Below, in pieces: positions 58,915 to 64,000 of a stretch of 64,000 nucleotides of DNA (position 1 is the stretch's first letter; every line of letters begins with the position of its first letter). The notes beneath the pieces were generated by a model. The model saw only the letters and a program-made list of their open reading frames with translations. It ran no database searches and was not told the origin of the DNA. The stretch spans positions 1-64,000 of IMG/VR virus record IMGVR_UViG_3300047546_001496; one strand, 5' to 3'. This DNA comes from a virus. The translations under genes and the position numbers were made by a program.

Positions 58915-59032
58915 GGCGTGTCGTCCACAGGTTTATCCACAGGCTGTTTAAGATGTGATTATTATCACACCCGAATTTTTTTCTTAAATTACGGCGTGTC
59001 GATTTGATTTTACGGATAAAAAATGATACGCT
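58915..59032 (+). promoter_or_regulatory. early promoter with GACAC motifs, DnaA boxes and perfect CRP-like site
   Basis: GGCGTGTCG 58915 and 58993; TTATCCACA 58933; TGTGA-TTATTA-TCACA 58954; TTGATT-17nt-TACGCT. Confidence 0.7.
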
Positions 59033-59062
59033 GGAAGCCTAAAAATAAAGAAAGGAAATTCA

Positions 59063-59263
59063 ATGAGAAGTTATTCAATTGAAGATTTACTTGTAGGTCA
59101 GTATTATAGACCTACTTCTTTTGCCCGTAAATATCAGGGTGGAGAAATAAATTTCGCTGAAAAGCGTGATGATGTTTGGGTAGGTACTGATTATCAGGCT
59201 TATTCAATTCGTTTCAATGGACATAAATGGGCAACCATTGCTGTAAAAGTATCAGACCTATAA
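59063..59263 (+). CDS. small protein, paralogue of 57985..58185
   Basis: 66 aa; AAAGAAAGGA RBS. Confidence 0.7.
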   Translation: MRSYSIEDLLVGQYYRPTSFARKYQGGEINFAEKRDDVWVGTDYQAYSIRFNGHKWATIAVKVSDL

Positions 59264-59281
59264 GAAAGGAAATAAAATAAA

Positions 59282-59779
59282 ATGGGTTTAGACATGTATC
59301 TAAGTGCTCGTAAGCACATAAATAAAATTGAATGGGATAAGTTAGATCGTGATAGCGATACTAAATATTCTGAGGCTACCGCTCCACAATGGAACGATGT
59401 AGTAAATGCTGCTGGTGTTGATTCGCTTGTAGATAAAGAAAGTATCTATGGCGTAGATGTAATGGTAAATGTTGCCTATTGGCGTAAGGTAAATTCTGTT
59501 CATGGCTGGTTTGTAAATAATGTACAGAATGGTGAAGATGACTGTGGTGAATACTATGTATCTCACGCTAAACTAAAACAATTGGTAAATGACTGTACTC
59601 TAGCGGTTACTAATAAAGACCCTAGCCTAATTCCGCCTGTTGGTGGATTTTTCTTCGGCGGTACTGATATTGACCAATGGTATTGGCAAGACCTAATGGA
59701 TACCATAAATCAATTACAGCCCCTTATTGATAGACCTGATTTTGAGCGTCTGTCATTCTACTATCAGTCCTCTTGGTAG
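59282..59779 (+). CDS. conserved hypothetical phage protein
   Basis: MGLDMYL...YWRKVNSVHGWFV...GFFFG...YYQSSW motifs. Confidence 0.8.
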   Translation: MGLDMYLSARKHINKIEWDKLDRDSDTKYSEATAPQWNDVVNAAGVDSLVDKESIYGVDVMVNVAYWRKVNSVHGWFVNNVQNGEDDCGEYYVSHAKLKQLVNDCTLAVTNKDPSLIPPVGGFFFGGTDIDQWYWQDLMDTINQLQPLIDRPDFERLSFYYQSSW

Positions 59780-59871
59780 GACAAAACGGACATATCGGAC
59801 AGGGCGTGTCGGATTTGATTTTGTCACCCCTATCTGATAGGATTTCAGTATTGAAAGAAAGGAAATAAAAA

Positions 59872-60084
59872 ATGGATAAATTGGAATACGCACTAAGGCA
59901 GATTAGAAACTGCGATTTTTGTGGTGGTAAAGGTAATCTCTATTATGGCAACGGAGAGGACTTTGATTTTGAGGTATGCCCTTGTAATACCTATGAACTA
60001 ATCCTAGATGATGACGGCTCTGTAATTTGGGATAATGGACTACTAAGTGAGCCTGAACTATTCGCAACAATGGAGGCTAACTAA
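59872..60084 (+). CDS. zinc-ribbon protein
   Basis: CDFCGGKG...CPC. Confidence 0.65.
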   Translation: MDKLEYALRQIRNCDFCGGKGNLYYGNGEDFDFEVCPCNTYELILDDDGSVIWDNGLLSEPELFATMEAN

Positions 60085-60085
60085 A

Positions 60086-60367
60086 ATGGGAAGTAATTTT
60101 GCTAATGATTTGGCTCTTGCTGATAATCTTGATATTGAAACTCAGATAGGAATACACCTAAAGTCTAATCACTACCCGCCCGTTCCTGATTTCATGGTTC
60201 AACCTTGTGTTGAAGCCATAGATGCGGTGAATGATGCTGGGCTATGGGATTTGGAAATACCTATGCCTGAAGGCGTAACCTATAAAGGCTTGACTACTGC
60301 TCCTGCGTGGGCTATTATTGAACAACACCACCTAGATGCGTGGATTATTGAAAGAGAGGAATACTAA
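60086..60367 (+). CDS. hypothetical protein
   Basis: HLKSNHYPP...HHLDAW; start right after the previous stop. Confidence 0.7.
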   Translation: MGSNFANDLALADNLDIETQIGIHLKSNHYPPVPDFMVQPCVEAIDAVNDAGLWDLEIPMPEGVTYKGLTTAPAWAIIEQHHLDAWIIEREEY

Positions 60368-60368
60368 A

Positions 60369-60584
60369 ATGGAATATCTATATTCTGTAACCTGCACCTA
60401 CGATAGCGAAACTGCCCCTAGATGGATAGGTCGTTATAGTGATGCAATTTCGGCTGTTGAAACTTATCAAAAGTTTGTTGATTGGGGAACTGCTGTTGAA
60501 TACTCAACTATCAACTTATCAGAACCTAATGGCAAAATGCACACTAAGATTTTCTATAAAGACGGAAGCGTGAGTGGAAAATAA
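60369..60584 (+). CDS. hypothetical protein
   Basis: GAGGA RBS; weak resemblance to the N-terminal half of 29101..29580 (DAxxAVxxY...TxxLxEPxGK). Confidence 0.65.
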   Translation: MEYLYSVTCTYDSETAPRWIGRYSDAISAVETYQKFVDWGTAVEYSTINLSEPNGKMHTKIFYKDGSVSGK

Positions 60585-60842
60585 ATGTCTGCTACAATGA
60601 TAAGCATGGATAACTTTGTATTCGTTGATCAATTACTTCCCGACCAATTACTGGAAGGGGATTTAATTGAATTTTCTGATGAATATGCAACCGAAATTGG
60701 AAGAGTTATTAATGTTGAATCTACATATGAAAATAATGAATATACTTATGTAATTCAAGGTAGAAATGACTTTGATGAAATTCTTGAAATTGTTGTTAAT
60801 GATTCAGAATATTTAAAATTATTTATTGTGCGTGACGAATAA
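60585..60842 (+). CDS. acidic hypothetical protein
   Basis: 85-aa ORF abutting the previous gene. Confidence 0.6.
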   Translation: MSATMISMDNFVFVDQLLPDQLLEGDLIEFSDEYATEIGRVINVESTYENNEYTYVIQGRNDFDEILEIVVNDSEYLKLFIVRDE

Positions 60843-61092
60843 AAACCGCACGTCCCGCCCGATTTGTCCGATTTGTTAAGAACCTCCCGATTTGATTTTT
60901 GTATTTTTTTATGATAAGATTATTTTATGAGAAAGAAAACTGCTGAGGAATTAAGGCGCTTAATGGAATTGCGCCGATCTAATGCTGCTCAACCATTAAG
61001 GAACAAAAAAAATTATTCCCGAAAGATTAAGCACAAAAAATTTGACATCTCTGAAAATAAATGATAAAATAAAAGAAAAGAAAGGACCCATA

Positions 61093-61806
61093 ATGCTAAA
61101 ACGCTCTATGGATAGGAAGGTGACTAATGCAGTCTCAAAAAATGGAAAGACCCCAACAATTGCCAACACTTTTGGATTACCTGCTGGTAAAGATTTCTCG
61201 TGCCCTGGTGCCACCCCAACTTGTACAACTATTTGTTATGCAGGAAAACTCGAAAAAGTCTATAAAGGAGTAAAGGCAGTATTACTCCATAACTGGGAAT
61301 TACTTAAAGACGCTAATCAAGAAACGATGATTAGTTTATTGTCTGACATGATTGCAGACTTTAGAAAAGATTGTGAAAAGAAAAATGCACCCTTACTATT
61401 TCGTATTCACTGGGATGGGGATTTCTTCTCTGATACCTATACCAATGCATGGAAAATAGTAATTCTAAATAATCCTGACATTAAGTTTTGGGTTTATACT
61501 CGTGTACCTAGTGCAGCGACAATTCTTAATAAGATAGATAATCTATCTCTCTATTTCTCTACTGATAAAGATAACACCGAAAACGCTAAAAGTGTAAATG
61601 CGCTAGGTGTACGCCTTGCATACCTTGCAGATACTTTCGCAATAGGTCAAGCAGACTTAAAGGCTATGATTGGTAAGGTAGGCGCAAAGTGTCCTGAGAA
61701 TAAAAAGGCTATTCCCTTAATTGACAAAGACGGCTCTGCCTGTGTAAAATGTAGTCTATGCGTAGATAATAAGGCAGACATAGTATTTAGCGCAAAGAAA
61801 AGGTAG
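61093..61806 (+). CDS. Gp88-like Fe-S/radical-SAM-like protein
   Basis: FGLPAG...CPGATPTCTTICYA, RIHWDGDF, WVYTR, C-terminal CP...CVKCSLC. Confidence 0.7.
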   Translation: MLKRSMDRKVTNAVSKNGKTPTIANTFGLPAGKDFSCPGATPTCTTICYAGKLEKVYKGVKAVLLHNWELLKDANQETMISLLSDMIADFRKDCEKKNAPLLFRIHWDGDFFSDTYTNAWKIVILNNPDIKFWVYTRVPSAATILNKIDNLSLYFSTDKDNTENAKSVNALGVRLAYLADTFAIGQADLKAMIGKVGAKCPENKKAIPLIDKDGSACVKCSLCVDNKADIVFSAKKR

Positions 61807-61981
61807 GCTATGAGATCTGAGTATTGGATAATAATAGGGTTATTACTATTTACCCTCTCAATGTGGGGGAGTAATGGGCTATAAATCTCAAAATGTGAGA
61901 TTTTTAGATTTGGACTTGACAACCAATAAAATAAATGTCATAATAAATACAAGAAATACCAACCTAACGAAAGGAAACAAA

Positions 61982-62149
61982 ATGGCAGTAAATACCGCAA
62001 CATACAAGGTAGGCGACCTCTACACCTCACAGAAATCAAAGGTTACAGGCACTATCACAGAAATCAAGCCAAACAAAGACGGAAACTCCGTTCGTGTCAA
62101 ACTTGATGTAAATGGCTCACCTCGCTGGACAACTTGGACAGCGAAGTAA
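61982..62149 (+). CDS. 55-aa SH3-like small protein
   Basis: GAAAGGA RBS; TYKVGDLYTS..VTGTI; paralogue of 62777..62944. Confidence 0.65.
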   Translation: MAVNTATYKVGDLYTSQKSKVTGTITEIKPNKDGNSVRVKLDVNGSPRWTTWTAK

Positions 62150-62164
62150 TTTAGCAAACGCTAA

Positions 62165-62196
62165 CCTGTCCTGAGCATGACAAGGCTAAACTGCTC
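62165..62196 (+). ncRNA. H-type pseudoknot motif, copy 1
   Basis: CCTGTC-CTGAGCAT-GACAAGG-CTAAAC-TGCTC. Confidence 0.6.
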
Positions 62197-62264
62197 ACTT
62201 GATTTTTAGCACTAAAAATGCTAAACTATAAATAACCCAAAAACCCAAACGAAAGGATAAACAA

Positions 62265-62687
62265 ATGGCTAGAAATGGCAAAGCGATAAATGTAAAAATC
62301 GCTACAACTAAAGTAGTCAAGGCACTAGAAAGTGCGTTGGCTAAGTTAGATAAAGACTTCGCTTCACAAGAGGCGAACGAGGCAAAGCACGACAAAGCAG
62401 TAAAGGCATGGAATAAAGAGGTTGCCAAACTTGCTATGGGTGCTATCAACAAGGCAGAGGATTTATCTGCTCATACAAGATACAATGGCGAAATCCAAGT
62501 ATCTTTCTCACTACCTAAAGGTTCTATTGAAATCCCTGCTGAACCTAAGAAAGACTACAACTCTATCCATGAGTGGCAGTATCGTGAGCAAAAAGAGGAA
62601 ATTGAGAACGCAATTCGTATTCTCAAGATGACAGATGAGGAAGTAGTTTCTACTTCTACTTACAACGCTATCGCAAGATACTTGTAA
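62265..62687 (+). CDS. hypothetical protein
   Basis: 140 aa; own promoter (TTGATT-17nt-TAAACT) and RBS. Confidence 0.75.
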   Translation: MARNGKAINVKIATTKVVKALESALAKLDKDFASQEANEAKHDKAVKAWNKEVAKLAMGAINKAEDLSAHTRYNGEIQVSFSLPKGSIEIPAEPKKDYNSIHEWQYREQKEEIENAIRILKMTDEEVVSTSTYNAIARYL

Positions 62688-62776
62688 TTAGATAGGCAGG
62701 GGAGGGTATTTGACTTCCCTGCCAAAATCTAGTAAAATAATAATAAGACCCAATAAACAGAAAGGCAAGAAAAAAA

Positions 62777-62944
62777 ATGACATTAGGCGGATACACTTAC
62801 CAAATCGGTGATTTATTCACAACAAGCAAAACAGGAATTACAGGTCGTATTGAGAAGTTCGTTCCAATGCGTCACAATGTAACAAAGGTAATGCTTCGCT
62901 TGGCAAATAATCAAACTCGATTTGCTATGGTAAAGACATACTAA
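62777..62944 (+). CDS. 55-aa SH3-like small protein
   Basis: Hand translation MTLGGYTYQIGDLFTTSKTGITGRIEKF...; paralogue of 61982..62149. Confidence 0.65.
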   Translation: MTLGGYTYQIGDLFTTSKTGITGRIEKFVPMRHNVTKVMLRLANNQTRFAMVKTY

Positions 62945-63013
62945 GTTTCTTTCCTGATAAGCCCCGCTAAAAAATGAAGTGGCGAAAGTCCTTGCGGGTA
63001 TTCCTGGAAAGAT

Positions 63014-63040
63014 CATCCTGAGCATGATGTAAAACTGCTC
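63014..63040 (+). ncRNA. H-type pseudoknot motif, copy 2
   Basis: CATC-CTGAGCAT-GATG-TAAAAC-TGCTC. Confidence 0.6.
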
Positions 63041-63065
63041 CACCTCCAAAAACCCCACGTGGGCC

Positions 63066-63140
63066 TGTGATCTTTATCACACCGACACGCCATAAATTTT
63101 TAAGACTGGACTTGTATTTTCCCCTATTTTTTGCTAGACT
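63066..63140 (+). promoter_or_regulatory. early promoter with perfect CRP-like site and GACAC motif
   Basis: TGTGA-TCTTTA-TCACA 63066; CGACACGCC 63083; TTGTAT-17nt-TAGACT. Confidence 0.7.
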
Positions 63141-63169
63141 TGTTACAAGACCCAAAGAAAGGAAACAAA

Positions 63170-63445
63170 ATGATAGCGACAATGCTAGGACTACAAAATG
63201 CAACACAGGAAGCGGTTCATGACCCAATTATAATGAACATGGCTTCTGCTATTTATCATCACAAAGACGAAATGTCATCAGAGGAATTTGCTAGGGCTTT
63301 ATTTGAATACTCTGCTGCTCTTTCATCTATGACAACAACTCTCGTGACCCATGTATTATTGACACAAGAACAATTAGATGTTATGCTAGATACTATTAGA
63401 GAATTTGATGAACTAGGAAAGGACATCTCAAATGGAAACGAATAA
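63170..63445 (+). CDS. hypothetical protein
   Basis: AAAGAAAGGA RBS before MIATML. Confidence 0.7.
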   Translation: MIATMLGLQNATQEAVHDPIIMNMASAIYHHKDEMSSEEFARALFEYSAALSSMTTTLVTHVLLTQEQLDVMLDTIREFDELGKDISNGNE

Positions 63446-63884
63446 TGAAACCGTGGCTCCAGTCCACTACAACCCAAATCAATTGGTAACCTATAAAGTT
63501 ATTGATTTAGATGCAACGGACCAAACCGTACAGTACCCAACTATCAAAGTTGTAGACCTTGAATGGGAACTTGAACAGGGCCGTCGTAAGTCGAAGAGGC
63601 TGAATGAATACGTAGAAAAAGTTGGCCATGTAGAAAATAGACTGGCTGATTATTTAGAAATGGACGCAGAAGACATTGTCTCTGAACTATGCAATATTTT
63701 TGGATTCAATCCAACCAAGGAAATTGAATTTGAAGCAACCGCAACAATTACTGGAAGGGTTAGTGTTCCACTAGCGGACCTATCAACATTTGACATTGAA
63801 GATATCGATTTGACTGTTTATGCAGATTCGCATTCACATGATGTTGATGTTGATGTAGAAGTTGACAACATCTCAATGCTATAA
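63432..63884 (+). CDS. acidic hypothetical protein
   Basis: 150 aa; overlaps the previous gene. Confidence 0.7.
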   Translation: METNNETVAPVHYNPNQLVTYKVIDLDATDQTVQYPTIKVVDLEWELEQGRRKSKRLNEYVEKVGHVENRLADYLEMDAEDIVSELCNIFGFNPTKEIEFEATATITGRVSVPLADLSTFDIEDIDLTVYADSHSHDVDVDVEVDNISML

Positions 63885-63888
63885 AAAT

Positions 63889-63915
63889 TTGCGGGGTTCA
63901 TGAAAGGCCCCGCAA
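63889..63915 (+). terminator. GC hairpin after last ORF
   Basis: TTGCGGGG...CCCCGCAA inverted repeat. Confidence 0.5.
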
Positions 63916-63961
63916 TGTATGCAGCATCCCTCTTTCATCCTTTCTTTCAGGGATCTGCAAG

Positions 63962-63990
63962 GGACCTGAGCATGTCCATGTAAACTGCTC
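63962..63990 (+). ncRNA. H-type pseudoknot motif, copy 3
   Basis: GGAC-CTGAGCAT-GTCC-ATGTAAAC-TGCTC. Confidence 0.6.
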
Positions 63991-64000
63991 CCTCCAAAAA

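Noticed and set aside
62165-62196. Hammerhead, pistol, preQ1 or SAM-II identity for the pseudoknot motif
   Set aside because: It lacks the CUGANGA/GAAA three-way junction and the other family-defining nucleotides as I recall them, so it is left unassigned.
1-64000. Stop-codon reassignment
   Set aside because: Long genes are intact under code 11, and TAA, TAG and TGA all occur as stops at tight gene junctions.
55600-64000. tRNA genes in the intergenic spaces
   Set aside because: No cloverleaf with a T-loop (GTTCRA) and acceptor stem was found by eye.

Overview
The window is a 64-kb segment of a large, low-GC tailed dsDNA phage with a siphovirus-type tail. The host is probably a freshwater actinobacterium, inferred from leaderless extended -10 promoters, AAAGAAAGGA ribosome-binding sites, GACAC motifs and overall gene style. 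Bases 1-52.5 kb are almost all on the minus strand: tail-tip genes, a 3030-aa tape measure protein, two paralogous tail assembly chaperones, major tail protein, head-tail joining proteins, major capsid protein, protease/scaffold, portal, a class II ribonucleotide reductase and a long fibre/baseplate region. Two parallel cassettes sit in this late region. Each begins with a fibre-associated protein that ends in the same 13-aa repeat ([13 protein letters not shown]) and a near-identical Cys-rich tail ([20 protein letters not shown]). One is followed by seven tandem prolyl-hydroxylase-like 2OG-Fe(II) oxygenases. The other is followed by an oxygenase, a GDP-mannose 3',5'-epimerase and two glycosyltransferases. 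This is a candidate phage-encoded hydroxylation/glycosylation system for virion fibres. At 52.6-52.8 kb an ORF-less promoter precedes a hairpin RNA, a G6AG7 tract and an AT-rich stretch, a candidate R-loop origin. Bases 55.6-64 kb hold small early-type genes whose promoters carry CRP-like, DnaA and GACAC (WhiA-like) boxes, plus two repeated structured-RNA motifs. I saw no tRNA, rRNA, CRISPR array, integrase or terminase. All family assignments come from motif recognition, not database searches.
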